A stretch of 64,000 bases of DNA, taken from NCBI GenBank assembly GCA_963790205.1, contig CAWBNQ010000008.1:225021-289020 (forward strand), written 5' to 3'. The position numbers and the translations under genes are program-made. Of the stretch, positions 37,972 through 48,873 are shown piece by piece. Every line of letters starts with the position of its first letter. The stretch's first letter is position 1. This DNA comes from Nitrospirota bacterium. GTDB lineage: Bacteria; Nitrospirota; UBA9217. The notes under the pieces were generated by a model. The model saw only the letters and a list, made by a program, of their open reading frames with translations, was not told the origin of the DNA and ran no database searches.

Positions 37972-39789
37972 TCACAAAGATGCCACGAGCGACTGCTGTT
38001 CCCCTTCGATGTTCCATTCTTTTGTGAGTGGAAGCGTGAAAGTAAAGGTGCTTCCCTCTCCCTGCACGCTTTCGGCCCATACGGCGCCGCCATGATATTC
38101 CACGATCTGCCGGCTAATGGCAAGACCCAAGCCGGTGCCTTGAATATTGTTCGTGAGAATATCGCCGGAGCGTCGAAACTTTTCGAAAATCAGCTCCAGG
38201 TCGCTCGACGGGATGCCGATGCCGGTATCCGTCACCGTTACGACGAACTGAGGTTTCGGCGTTTGCTCATGGCGGGTCGTGATGTCGATTTTCCCGCCCT
38301 GGGGAGTGAATTTGATGGAGTTGGAGAGAATGTTCGTGATGACCTGGATGAGACGGTCCCGATCGCCGAAAAAAGGCGGCAGAAAATCGGGCAAGCCTAC
38401 CTTGATGAGAATGCTTTTGTTGTCGGCGAGGGACTGAATGCCGGCTACCGAGGTCTGGATGATGTCGCCGAGGGACACCTTGGTGATGTGCCAGCTGAGC
38501 TTTCCTGCCTCGATTTTGGTAAGATCGAGAATGTCGTTGATGAGCCGAGACAGCCGGTCGGTTTCGCCGTTGATGATGTTCAGCAGTTTATTCCGCTTCT
38601 CGGGCTGCATTTTCGGCTTCATCAGGATGAGCTCCGCGAAAGCCTTGATAGAGGTGAGCGGGGTCCGGAGCTCATGGGAAACGATGGAGATGAAATCCGA
38701 CTTGACCTTGTCGATTTCTTTCAACTTTTTATTGACTTCTTCAAGCTCGCGGTTGGCAATAGCGAGGTTCTGATTGGAAAACTGCAGCCGTTCATACGCT
38801 CTCGTCAGGTTATCGGTTTTCTCGGCCACGCGGAATTCAAGGTTGCGGTTCAAGTCCTCGAGCTCACTCCGGTTTTTTTCAAGTTGCAGCGCCATCTTGT
38901 CGAAGCTTCCCGACAGCACGCCGATTTCATCGTTTGAAATAAGATTTGCCCGCGCGTTCAGGTTGCCTTTCTCGAGCTCTTTGATGACGCTCACCATATG
39001 ACCGAGTGGGTTAGAGATACTGTTGGCCAAAAGGACCCCGATGCCGGCGGCCAGAACCAAGGCAACGACGGTCACGATGAAGATCAGATCGAACAGCTGC
39101 GACATCACCGGCTGCGCCTGCGAAAGACTCCCGAGCCGGACGGTGAGGTCTACACCGACACGATGATAGACAAGCGCCCCGAGCGCCAGCAGCGGAGCGA
39201 TTACGGTGGCCAGAAGAATGGAGAGCAGCCTCGTACGCGAGTTGATCTGGATGACTTTGGACTCATCGACCTGGACATCCTTGGTCTTTTCAGCGAGAAT
39301 TTGTCTGATGGGATACAGGAACCGTTCTGTCAGGAAGAACGAAAAAATGGGGAAAATAGAGAGCCCCACGGCGGCATAGATTCCCAGGCGGATGTTTTCA
39401 TTGAGGGGCAGATCGCCGATGGCCCCCATATAGAGGCAGTCGAAGAGCGTTACAATCTCATAGCGGATAAGAACAGTTGTGGCGTGGACCAGGGGAAGGT
39501 TGAGCGTACGCACCCGGGCTGCGGCCATGATGTCGTCGGGGGGGTCCAGCCGGCGCTCCAGGTAGAACGTGAGCATCTCGATGGGCCGGCACTCCCATCG
39601 GTCGATAAAATAGAACGCCGAGGCGATCCCGAGCGGGGAGAGGATGATCATCGTAACATTGATATAGTGAAACAGCTGCATGGGCTTGAAGTCCATGCTC
39701 ATGAGGATGTAGGGGATGCAGGTCAGGTAAATGACCGCAATGATCACCAGCTCGCTGTAAACTATTTTGGCCGAGACGTTTAATTTCAT
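37972..39789 (-). CDS. Multi-TM sensor histidine kinase with a HAMP domain
   Basis: About 6 transmembrane helices; SISNPL...DEIG.L..SFDKM; VSHELRTPLT; NILSNSIKFT; DTGIGIP; GTGLGL. Confidence 0.9.
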   Translation of the reverse strand: MKLNVSAKIVYSELVIIAVIYLTCIPYILMSMDFKPMQLFHYINVTMIILSPLGIASAFYFIDRWECRPIEMLTFYLERRLDPPDDIMAAARVRTLNLPLVHATTVLIRYEIVTLFDCLYMGAIGDLPLNENIRLGIYAAVGLSIFPIFSFFLTERFLYPIRQILAEKTKDVQVDESKVIQINSRTRLLSILLATVIAPLLALGALVYHRVGVDLTVRLGSLSQAQPVMSQLFDLIFIVTVVALVLAAGIGVLLANSISNPLGHMVSVIKELEKGNLNARANLISNDEIGVLSGSFDKMALQLEKNRSELEDLNRNLEFRVAEKTDNLTRAYERLQFSNQNLAIANRELEEVNKKLKEIDKVKSDFISIVSHELRTPLTSIKAFAELILMKPKMQPEKRNKLLNIINGETDRLSRLINDILDLTKIEAGKLSWHITKVSLGDIIQTSVAGIQSLADNKSILIKVGLPDFLPPFFGDRDRLIQVITNILSNSIKFTPQGGKIDITTRHEQTPKPQFVVTVTDTGIGIPSSDLELIFEKFRRSGDILTNNIQGTGLGLAISRQIVEYHGGAVWAESVQGEGSTFTFTLPLTKEWNIEGEQQSLVASL

Positions 39790-39803
39790 CGTAAGTGCGC
39801 ATA

Positions 39804-40967
39804 TTACGGGAACAGGATTTTTACGGCTGCCGCACGCAGCGCGCTCACGTCGAGCCCGAGTTTTGCAAGGGACGCCGGGTCCGCTGTAAGCAGGTCCTTG
39901 GTCGTGTTCAGGTTTTCATTGTTGAGCTTCCCTTTAAGGGAATCGCTCAGGCCGGGGATGCGGCTGGTCGGTGTGTTGTTTTTCGATGTGTACATGGCGA
40001 TCAACCGCGACTCTCCCTGGATGATCGGAAGGAAGAAATGATGTTTGATGCCGGCCTTCCGGATGAGCTCATCCGCTTCTTCTTCGGTGAAAAAGCCCGT
40101 ATAATCCGTGAAGAGCGTCGAAAGCAGAACGTCGACGGCGATCGTCTGGAGCGTATTGACGATCAGTTGATTGAAGAAAATGCCGTATCGGGAAATCCGC
40201 ATCATACTCCGCAGGAATTTTTCCCGCTTGTTGACAGGCAGAAAATGAAATACATTGACGGCGTATACCCAGTCAAAAGCGCCGTCTTTAAAGCGCGCCA
40301 GGTCCGTCACGTCGCCGGTCTGGAGATCGATCTGGTCCTGGAGGCCGGCATCGATATTTTTCCTTTTACCGAGTTCGAGGGTATGGACGTTGATGTCGAT
40401 CCCGGTTGCGCTGATGCCGGGGCAGGCTTTGGCGGTCTCCCTGAGCACGGAACCGTCGCCGCAGCCCAGATCGAGGATGGTGTGGCCCGTGGAGAGCCCC
40501 GCCCATTTGAAGAAATCAGCGGAGGCCCTTGAAAGCTGTGATGCCACCCTTGGGATATAATCGCGGCTGATCTTTCCCTGCGTAATGCTATCGAGCCCGA
40601 CCCCTTTTTGATATGCCTCTTTTGAGGACTGGACGGCCCGGGTAAAGTAGCTGAAAAGGTGATGGAGGCCGAGTAGATCGGGTGCAGGCGTACCCCGCCG
40701 CAAGAGCGCCCCTTTTGACGTCAGCATATACCCGCTGTCGGATTTGCTTACATACCCGTTGGCGAGCGCAAACCGTATCCACCGTTCCACCTTGCTGATA
40801 TCGTAGCCCATCTGGACCGCAAGTTCCTGCGCCGTAATGCTCTTCTTTTCCGGGATCCAGTCGAAAAATCCGAGCTCGATTCCCTGAATAGTATCGAGGG
40901 CCACGGTGCCCTGGACAAGCATGCCCATGAGTTCCGTAGAGAATTTTTTCAACTCTTCTTGATCCAT
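39804..40967 (-). CDS. Class I SAM-dependent methyltransferase with N-terminal winged helix and a possible C-terminal HhH-like tail
   Basis: ITAQELA..MG...VERW; ILDLGCGDG; FDWVYAVNVFH; tail IPGLSDSLKGKL. Confidence 0.8.
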   Translation of the reverse strand: MDQEELKKFSTELMGMLVQGTVALDTIQGIELGFFDWIPEKKSITAQELAVQMGYDISKVERWIRFALANGYVSKSDSGYMLTSKGALLRRGTPAPDLLGLHHLFSYFTRAVQSSKEAYQKGVGLDSITQGKISRDYIPRVASQLSRASADFFKWAGLSTGHTILDLGCGDGSVLRETAKACPGISATGIDINVHTLELGKRKNIDAGLQDQIDLQTGDVTDLARFKDGAFDWVYAVNVFHFLPVNKREKFLRSMMRISRYGIFFNQLIVNTLQTIAVDVLLSTLFTDYTGFFTEEEADELIRKAGIKHHFFLPIIQGESRLIAMYTSKNNTPTSRIPGLSDSLKGKLNNENLNTTKDLLTADPASLAKLGLDVSALRAAAVKILFP

Positions 40968-40985
40968 CTGTACTGTACCCTCCCG

Positions 40986-41657
40986 TCACTGATGGTGGAC
41001 CAGGGCCTTAATCACGATGATACCGTAAATGGCCCATATTGCCGCCAGGATGCCCCATACGTAGATACTCGTTCGCTTCATGGCGGACTCATCCGACGTC
41101 TTCGACAGCCGCCTTATCTTGGAGTCTTTCTCTTTGGCGCGCTCATAAAAATCCTTATACTGCGGATAATGTTCCGGGGCAAGTTCATAGAGCCTGGCAA
41201 AAGGGACAATGTCCTGAGGAAGCGAATAAGGGAAGCGGAACGATACATCGATTTCAGGCGTTCGGCTCAGGAAGCTTACCCGGTCCACGCCGGAGCTTTC
41301 CAGAGTTTTTTCATAGCAGACGATCAGGTTTTCCGCGAGCATGTGCTTGAAGTCGCGTAAGGCTTTCTTTCTTTCAAATTTGGAATTGATCAGGCTCGTT
41401 TCGTAACAGGTCAGTGCAGCTTTGAAATCGCCGAGTTTCAGATAGCAGAGGCCGGACAGCGCAAGCGTATTGGCGAGGCCCGATATTCCGTCGGAAAGTC
41501 GGTCGGCAAAAGGATGACCGAGCGCGTCCCAGGCGCGGAAGGCATCCTCAGCCCGCCGCAGTTCGATGAGCGCTTCGTTGTACAGGCCTTCTTGAAAAAG
41601 GGCGCGGCCGGAATTGTACATATTCTCTGCCATTCGCCTTTTAGTGGAGGTCGACAT
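40986..41657 (-). CDS. TPR-like protein with a C-terminal transmembrane helix
   Basis: YNSGRALFQEGLYNEALIELRRA; GLCYLKLGDFKAALTCYETSL; hydrophobic C-terminus. Confidence 0.65.
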   Translation of the reverse strand: MSTSTKRRMAENMYNSGRALFQEGLYNEALIELRRAEDAFRAWDALGHPFADRLSDGISGLANTLALSGLCYLKLGDFKAALTCYETSLINSKFERKKALRDFKHMLAENLIVCYEKTLESSGVDRVSFLSRTPEIDVSFRFPYSLPQDIVPFARLYELAPEHYPQYKDFYERAKEKDSKIRRLSKTSDESAMKRTSIYVWGILAAIWAIYGIIVIKALVHHQ

Positions 41658-41666
41658 ATAACGATA

Positions 41667-42038
41667 TTACTTAGCCAGGATATTTTTTATCTTGGTAAGT
41701 ATTTCCATCGGGCTGAAAGGTTTTACAATGTATTCATCGGCGCCGACTTCTTTTCCCCGTTCCTGCTCGGCCACCTGCCCCTTGGCAGTCAGCATGATGA
41801 CATAGGTATTTTTAAGCGACGGATCGGTCTTGATCGTGCGGCAGACGTCGTATCCGTTGATTTCGGGCATCATGATGTCGAGAAACAGGATGTCGGGTCG
41901 GAACTCCTTTACTTTTCTGAGCGTTTCAGCCCCGTCCTTTGCCAGAGACAATTTATACCCTTCATCTTCAAGTAGGTAGGTAAGTGCTTCTCTGATGTTT
42001 TCATTATCGTCGGCTATGAGGATTTTTTTCTGGTCCAT
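41667..42038 (-). CDS. Single-domain response regulator
   Basis: KILIADD..DILFLDIMMP..MLTAKG..YIVKPF. Confidence 0.9.
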   Translation of the reverse strand: MDQKKILIADDNENIREALTYLLEDEGYKLSLAKDGAETLRKVKEFRPDILFLDIMMPEINGYDVCRTIKTDPSLKNTYVIMLTAKGQVAEQERGKEVGADEYIVKPFSPMEILTKIKNILAK

Positions 42039-42489
42039 ATTTATTTGAGAAAAAACTACTACATTTTTAGTATTATATAAGATACTAACCGGGAAGCAAG
42101 GTTTTGTCAACTGAAAAAATGATGAAAATTCGAGTGGTTGCACGATAATGATCGAAAGGGCTTCTTGAAGAGCCTGCCTTGAAATGTCCTCTTTCGGGAG
42201 TCGCAAAGCAAGAGGTAAAAATGTGAAATTTTTGCATCATATTGCGAATATTGCATCACCCGAAAAGACAAAGCTATTAAGAGCCGTAGCACATCGGCGA
42301 GCAGTCACGGGTGCGTGGATTATCGGAAAAAAAGGAAATAATACAGAAAAATATGTAAAGCAAAATTAAAGTTGAAATTTCGGAAGTGCCAATGTATCAT
42401 AAAATCGTTGTGCCGCTCTCGCCGCCTGAGAGGTCCAGCGGGAAGGCTAAGCATATTTTCGCACAACTTCTGCGGAGAGGGGAGTGCTC

Positions 42490-43875
42490 ATGGAAATAGA
42501 AATTGATTATGCTGCTGTTTTGAAAAAGGCATTGAGCGGCGGCGGTGAGTATGCGGATATATTTATAGAACGAAGTTCGCCGTTTTCTATCGTTTGCGAA
42601 GACGGTAAAATAGAAAAGGTCGTCTCCGGTCTGGACTGCGGCGCAGGTGTGCGGCTTATTATAGGCCGGCGGACAGCCTATGCTTACACAAACGTCGTTA
42701 CAACCGAATCACTCATAGAGATTGCCGATGCCGTGCGCCAGGCGGCTTCCGCAGGTGAGCATCATGCCAACATTCATCTTGTCCGGAAAAATCCGAGAGT
42801 GGATTTCCCGATAAAAAAGGCCCCTGAAACGGTCAGCGCGGCCGATAAAGTAGCGCTCGTGCTGCAGGCAAATGCGGTGGCCCGTTCTCTCGATCGGCGC
42901 ATTCGGCAGGCCATGGTTACGTACCGGGAGAACAGGCAACAGGTGGTCATGGCGAATTCAGACGGCATAATGGCTGAGGATGACCGCCTGTATCTTACTG
43001 CACTGGTGCACGTTGTCGCTGCTGACGGCGATGTCGTTCAGACTGGATACGAGCCCGTTGGGGGTCTGGCCGGCTTGGAGCTCTTTGATAAGTATCCGCT
43101 GACAAAAGCAGCGGAGACCGCTGTGCGGCGCGCCGTGATGATGCTTTCAGCCCGGAAGGCCCCCGCCGGGAGGATGCCGGTCGTGCTCTCCTCCGAGGCG
43201 GGCGGGACCATGATCCACGAAGCGGTGGGGCACGGACTCGAGGCGGACCTGGCCCAGTCAGGTCTTTCTGTTTATTCAAACAGGATTGGAGACCGGATCG
43301 CGTCCCCGCTCATCACCGTTGTGGATGACGCGACCCTCGAAACGAAACGAGGGTCATTCCGTTTCGACGACGAAGGCATTGATGCTGCGCGCACGCTTCT
43401 GGTGGACAAGGGCATTCTCAAGACGTTCCTGTATGACCGGCTGACCGCCATGAAAGATGGAGCGACCTCCACCGGGAATGGCAGGCGCGAATCGTACAAG
43501 CACCGACCCATTCCCAGAATGACGAATACAATGATTACGCCCGGTGAAAGCGACCCCGGGGAGATTTTACGCTCAACTCCGCGGGGTCTTTTCGTAAAGA
43601 AAATGGGAGGCGGACAGGTGAACACCGTGAATGGGGATTTCGTTTTCGAGGTAAACGAAGGATATCTTATTGAGCACGGCAGCATTGGAGAGCCGGTGCG
43701 CGGCGCCACTCTCACGGGAAACGGACCGCAGGTGCTCATGTCCATCGATCGGGTAGGCTCCGATCTCGGTTTTTCCATCGGCACCTGCGGCAAGGACGGT
43801 CAGGGCTCTCCCGTAAGCGATGCCCAGCCTACGCTCAGAATACCGGAGATCACTGTCGGCGGGGTCGTGGCATAA
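42490..43875 (+). CDS. tldD: TldD metalloprotease
   Basis: MIHEAVGHGLEAD, DDEG, TGNGRRESY...PRMTNT, GTCGKDGQ..PVSDAQPT. Confidence 0.92.
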   Translation: MEIEIDYAAVLKKALSGGGEYADIFIERSSPFSIVCEDGKIEKVVSGLDCGAGVRLIIGRRTAYAYTNVVTTESLIEIADAVRQAASAGEHHANIHLVRKNPRVDFPIKKAPETVSAADKVALVLQANAVARSLDRRIRQAMVTYRENRQQVVMANSDGIMAEDDRLYLTALVHVVAADGDVVQTGYEPVGGLAGLELFDKYPLTKAAETAVRRAVMMLSARKAPAGRMPVVLSSEAGGTMIHEAVGHGLEADLAQSGLSVYSNRIGDRIASPLITVVDDATLETKRGSFRFDDEGIDAARTLLVDKGILKTFLYDRLTAMKDGATSTGNGRRESYKHRPIPRMTNTMITPGESDPGEILRSTPRGLFVKKMGGGQVNTVNGDFVFEVNEGYLIEHGSIGEPVRGATLTGNGPQVLMSIDRVGSDLGFSIGTCGKDGQGSPVSDAQPTLRIPEITVGGVVA

Positions 43876-43924
43876 TTATGTATAAGGAATTCAGGGACAT
43901 CATTTTTCCCTGGGGCAGAATGAT

Positions 43925-44419
43925 ATGAGCATTCGCACGGCAATCATAACCTTAAGCGATAAAGGTTCCGCGGGAGAACGTGAAGATGAAAGCGGACAAA
44001 TCATCCGGGAACTGATCGCTGCCCTCGGTGCCTCTGCGGTTCACTATGAGATACTGCCGGATGAAAAATCCCGGATCAGTGAAACCTTGAAAAGGCTGTC
44101 CGACTCGGGGAACGTCGATCTTATCCTCACGACCGGCGGGACAGGTGTGGCGCCGCGGGATGTGACGCCCGAGGCCACGCTTGCGGTGATCGATCGCGAG
44201 CTCCCAGGGATGGCCGAAGCCATGCGCGCCGAGAGCCTCAAAAAAACTCCCCATGCCATGATTTCCCGGGCCGTGGCGGGCATCAGGAAGCAGACCTTGA
44301 TCGTGAATCTTCCCGGCAGTCCCAAGGCAGTGCGCGAGAATCTGGCAGTCATTCTCCCTGCGCTTCCCCACGCGATAGAAAAAATCAAAGGCGATCCCTC
44401 CGACTGCGGAAGATCATAA
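43925..44419 (+). CDS. mog: Molybdopterin adenylyltransferase (MogA/MoaB family)
   Basis: ITLSD..REDESG, LTTGGTG..PRDVTPEAT, NLPGSPKAV. Confidence 0.88.
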   Translation: MSIRTAIITLSDKGSAGEREDESGQIIRELIAALGASAVHYEILPDEKSRISETLKRLSDSGNVDLILTTGGTGVAPRDVTPEATLAVIDRELPGMAEAMRAESLKKTPHAMISRAVAGIRKQTLIVNLPGSPKAVRENLAVILPALPHAIEKIKGDPSDCGRS

Positions 44420-44507
44420 CCGACCACGCAAATTCCATTTGAGTCTCTTCGTTCTCTGTGATACACTGCTAACCAATCAGCACTAAAACCATCATCCAGG
44501 AGGAACC

Positions 44508-45284
44508 ATGTTCTGTCCCCATTGCGGTAAAGAGGTGGCCGATGGCCAGATATTCTGTCAATACTGCGGAGCCAGGCTCTCTGAAGAAACTGCTCCGGAG
44601 CTGGCTGTAGAAACGGCCCTCTTGGGCGGAGGGAGGGAGAAAACCCCCTGGGAGGACCGTGAAGCGCGGGGGTTCTTCGGCGGTCTCTTCAAGACCCTCA
44701 ACGAAACGCTATTTCACCCCTCCGAATTTTTTAAAAAGATGTCCGTGACCGGCGGGCTGACTGATCCCTTGCTCTATGCACTCATTGTCGGCATGGTCGG
44801 CCTCATGTTCTCCTATTTTTGGCAGATCGCACTGAAGAGCGCGATGCAAGGTATGTTGCCCGGGATGCAGGCCGCGGCAGGGCAGCGTCTGTTTCAGGGC
44901 ATCGGCATGACCATCCTGGCTTTTCTATCCCCCTTTCTGATCATTCTTGGGTTGTTCATTTCATCGGGTCTCCTCCATCTGTTCCTCATGATGGTCAAAG
45001 GGGCGCGGGCGGGCTTCGAAGCAACCTTCAGAGTTGTCGCATACGTTTACAGTGCGAATATTCTTCTTATCCTTCCGTTCTGTGGAGGCATTCTTTATAT
45101 TGTTTGGATGCTGGTTCTTCTCATTATCGGCCTACGGGAAGCCCATGAGACCACCGGCGGGAAAGCGGCCTTTGCCGTGTTTTTCCCGGTCGTCGTGTGC
45201 TGCGGCCTGATTGTGATTATGGCGGTCTTGATTATGGGAGCTGCCGCGTTCTCTCTCGGCACGATGATGCAGATGCAGAAATGA
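44508..45284 (+). CDS. Zinc-ribbon plus Yip1-domain membrane protein
   Basis: MFCPHCG..FCQYCG; PWE..LFHPSEFF..M; F.ATFRVVAY; several transmembrane helices. Confidence 0.75.
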   Translation: MFCPHCGKEVADGQIFCQYCGARLSEETAPELAVETALLGGGREKTPWEDREARGFFGGLFKTLNETLFHPSEFFKKMSVTGGLTDPLLYALIVGMVGLMFSYFWQIALKSAMQGMLPGMQAAAGQRLFQGIGMTILAFLSPFLIILGLFISSGLLHLFLMMVKGARAGFEATFRVVAYVYSANILLILPFCGGILYIVWMLVLLIIGLREAHETTGGKAAFAVFFPVVVCCGLIVIMAVLIMGAAAFSLGTMMQMQK

Positions 45285-45299
45285 CGGGAGATTGCCCTC

Positions 45300-45707
45300 A
45301 TGCGAATTATGCTGAAGAAGAGAGCGCCCGGACAGATAGAGTTCGGGATTATTTACGGCGGGATCGTCCTCCTCGCGCTCCTTGCAGGCCGGTTTCTCCC
45401 CGTCCTCGCTTTAGCGCCGTCGTGCGTATTCAAAGCGCTTAGCGGTGTACCTTGTCCCACGTGCGCTTCCACGCGAACGATTGTGTATCTGTCGCACGGC
45501 GATATTGCTTCTGCTTTTTTCATGAACCCTTTGGTCCTTGCAGGCGTTCTTGCCGCTCTTGTCTATCTGTTTTACAGTCTTTTTACCTTCTTTTTTATTG
45601 TGCCGAGGATCGTTGTCGCTCTTTCCGGGAAAGAGAAGGACTGGATACGGGCCTTAGCAGTGCTGCTCATTCTCGCAAATTGGCTGTATCTCCTCATTAC
45701 GCTGTAA
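45300..45707 (+). CDS. DUF2752-family membrane protein
   Basis: CVFKALSGVPCPTCASTR...GD...AFFMNP. Confidence 0.8.
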   Translation: MRIMLKKRAPGQIEFGIIYGGIVLLALLAGRFLPVLALAPSCVFKALSGVPCPTCASTRTIVYLSHGDIASAFFMNPLVLAGVLAALVYLFYSLFTFFFIVPRIVVALSGKEKDWIRALAVLLILANWLYLLITL

Positions 45708-45833
45708 TTCCACCTCATTCAGCCTTATTTTCGGCAGCTAATAATATTATTATTTACATTTAACCGGTGTTATGTTAAGATAACAATCTTTTAGAATATT
45801 TTAAGGTTTTTCAGCAGTTACGGAGGGGGTAGT

Positions 45834-46793
45834 GTGGGCCGTGTGGTAATAGGCGTGGACCTCGGGGGCACGAACTTAAGAACGGCCATTCTGAGTCCTG
45901 ATGGGAATATTCTCGACAGGCACAAGGAAGCTACTCATGCGGCCGACGGATGGGAGAAAGTCGTCGCGCGGCTCATTGAAAACATCAAACGCCAACGCGA
46001 AAGCGCGATCCAGCAGGGGTTCGATGTCGCGGCTGTCGGTGTCGGCGCTCCCGGCGTCATCCAGGCGGACAAGGGCATCGTGGTGAAGTCGCCCAACTTT
46101 CCGGACTGGAACAATCTGCCGCTCAAGGATCAGCTTGAAAAAGCGCTTGGCACCCCGGTCTTTTTGGAGAACGACGCTAATGCCGCCGCCCTAGGCGAGC
46201 AGTGGCGTGGCGCCGGCCGGGGTATCAGGAGCATGATCCTCCTTACCTTGGGGACCGGGGTGGGGGGCGGGATTATCCTCGATAATAAGATTTGGCACGG
46301 CGCTGACGGCATGGCCGGTGAGATCGGACATATGACGCTCATTCCCGACGGCAGACCTTGTACCTGCGGCAACACCGGATGCCTGGAGATGTATTCTTCG
46401 GCGCGCGGCATCGTGCAGAGCTTTCGTGAAGCGTTGGAGAAAACCTCCGGCGGGGTTCCTGATCAATTGAAGCAGATTTCCTCAGAGCAGGTATATGAGG
46501 CTGCCGGAGCAGGAAACAAAATTGCCGTCCAGGTCATGAAGGACATGGGCCGGGTGCTCGGTATCGGTATCGCAAGCCTGATCAATATTTTCAATCCGGA
46601 GCGGATTGTGATCGGCGGCGGGGTAAAGGACGCCTGGCCGTTGTTCATCGGCGCCACGCGTGAAGAAATTATGAAGCGGGCCTTCGCGGTTCCTGCCAAA
46701 CGGACCGAGATTGTCCCGTCTCAACTCGGAGATGACGCCGGGATGGTGGGCGCCGCGGCTGTGGCATTCGAGCTTCAGAAGACGGCCTGTTGA
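45834..46793 (+). CDS. glk: ROK-family glucokinase
   Basis: GVDLGGT, ENDANAAALGE, LTLGTGVGGG, GEIGH..CTCGNTGCLE. Confidence 0.88.
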   Translation: MGRVVIGVDLGGTNLRTAILSPDGNILDRHKEATHAADGWEKVVARLIENIKRQRESAIQQGFDVAAVGVGAPGVIQADKGIVVKSPNFPDWNNLPLKDQLEKALGTPVFLENDANAAALGEQWRGAGRGIRSMILLTLGTGVGGGIILDNKIWHGADGMAGEIGHMTLIPDGRPCTCGNTGCLEMYSSARGIVQSFREALEKTSGGVPDQLKQISSEQVYEAAGAGNKIAVQVMKDMGRVLGIGIASLINIFNPERIVIGGGVKDAWPLFIGATREEIMKRAFAVPAKRTEIVPSQLGDDAGMVGAAAVAFELQKTAC

Positions 46794-46928
46794 AACGAGC
46801 TCGCCGCGGATAATGAGCAAAACATACATACACTATTTATGTACTCATTAGTCTCACCAGCCTGTAAAGGGGCCTTCCAACAGGGATCCCGTGAAGTAAT
46901 GAGCCGAAGAGTGGAATAATAGGGAGTT

Positions 46929-48741
46929 ATGAGCAGTAATAATATCAGAAATTTCTGCATCATTGCGCATATTGATCACGGTAAGTCTACTCTTGCCGAT
47001 CGGATTCTGGAATTTACCGGCGCACTTTCGGACCGGGAAATGGCCGCAGCAGGCAGCGACCAGGTGCTCGACGACATGGACCTCGAGCGCGAGCGGGGTA
47101 TCACGATCAAGGCCCATGCGGTCCGTCTGATCGTACAAAGCTTCTGACGGGCAGGACTATATTCTGAACCTGATCGATACGCCGGGGCATGTGGATTTCA
47201 CCTACGAGGTTTCCAGGAGCATGGCCGCCTGCGAGGGCGCGCTGCTGGTTGTGGACGCGTCGCAGGGGGTCGAGGCGCAGACCCTGGCCAACGCCTACCT
47301 CGCGATCGACCACAATCTCGAGATGATCCCGGTGATCAACAAGATCGACCTGCCGAGCGCGAATATCGAAGAGGTGAAACGGCAGATCGAGGAATTGGTC
47401 GGGCTTGATTCCTCCGGCGCAATTCCCGCGAGCGCCAAGGCCGGGATCGGGACGAAAGAAATTCTTGAGTCTATCGTAAAAAATGTCCCGGCGCCTGTCG
47501 GGAACCCTGATGCGCCGCTCAGGGCGCTCCTGTTCGATTCGTGGTACGACACCTACCAGGGCGTGGTCATTCTCGTTCGGGTGGTTGACGGGATTGTTCG
47601 GCCGAAGCAGAAGATCAAACTTTTCTCGAACTCTGCGGTATATGAAGTGCAATCGGTCGGGATCTTTACGCCCAAGATGCAGCAGACCTCGGAACTGTCC
47701 CAGGGCGATGTAGGGTGCATCATCGCCGGCATCAAGCGGGTCTCGGACGCCAAGATCGGCGATACGATCATGGATGCCGACCGGCCGGCCGATGCGCCGC
47801 TTCCGGGATATAAAGATGTGAAGCCCATGGTCTTCGCGGGCATTTATCCCGTGGACAGCGACGGCTACGCGGATCTGCGCGACGCCCTGGAAAAACTGCG
47901 GCTGAACGACGCTTCGTTCACCTATGAGCCGGAAACGTCGCTCGCCCTCGGATTCGGGTTCCGGTGCGGTTTTCTGGGTCTTCTGCACATGGACATCATG
48001 AAGGAGCGGCTTGAACGGGAGTTCAAGCTTGCGCTCATACCCACGGCGCCGACGGTGGTATACCGCGTGACCAAGAATGACGGCGATATCGTGATGGTGG
48101 ACAATCCCGCCAAACTGCCGAATATCCAGGACATCCAGCGTATCGAGGAGCCCATGATCGTGGCCTCGCTCATCACGCCGGAGCAGTATGTGGGATCGCT
48201 CATTGCCTTGTGTCAGGAGCGAAGAGGAATACAGAAAGAGATCACCTATATCACGAAAGATCGGGTTCTGCTGAGCTACGATCTGCCGCTGAACGAGATC
48301 GTGATGGATTTCTACGACAGACTGAAGTCCCTGACCAAGGGCTACGCATCACTCGACTATGAGCTCTCCGGTTATGTGGAGTCAGACCTCGTGAAGCTCG
48401 ATATGCTTTTGAACGGCGAACCCGTGGATGCGCTGTCACTCATCAGCCATCGGGACAAGGCCGCGATCCGCGGCAGGCAGCTTGCGGAAAAGCTCAAGGA
48501 AGTGATCCCGCGGCAGCTGTACGAGGTGGTAATCCAGGCGGCGATCGGGGCCAAGATCATCGCGCGCGAGACGGTCAGGGCGCTCCGCAAGGACGTGACG
48601 GCGAAGTGCTACGGCGGCGACATTACCAGAAAGCGGAAACTCCTCGAGAAGCAGAAAGAAGGCAAGAAGCGCATGAAGCAGGTCGGCAGCGTGGAACTGC
48701 CGCAGGAGGCGTTCCTGGCCGTGCTCAAGGTGGGCGAGTAG
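46929..48741 (+). CDS. lepA: Elongation factor 4 (one extra base near 47133, probably a sequencing error)
   Basis: [20 protein letters not shown]...RGITIKA then [14 protein letters not shown]...[25 protein letters not shown]. Confidence 0.93.
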
Positions 48742-48873
48742 ATCAGGGTACTTATTGGAAATTGAAGGTCGGGAATTGTCAAGAGGCGCATTCTGCAAAT
48801 TTAAAATATCTAATTTCAAATTTGAAATTTACAGTCCGTTGCGCTTTGCGCAATAGCTACGGAGGCATGATTG

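Noticed and set aside
42215..42260. Rex-like operator (ATGTGAAATTTTTGCAT) between the divergent response regulator and tldD
   Set aside because: Only one good half-site in AT-rich DNA, which cannot be told apart from chance.
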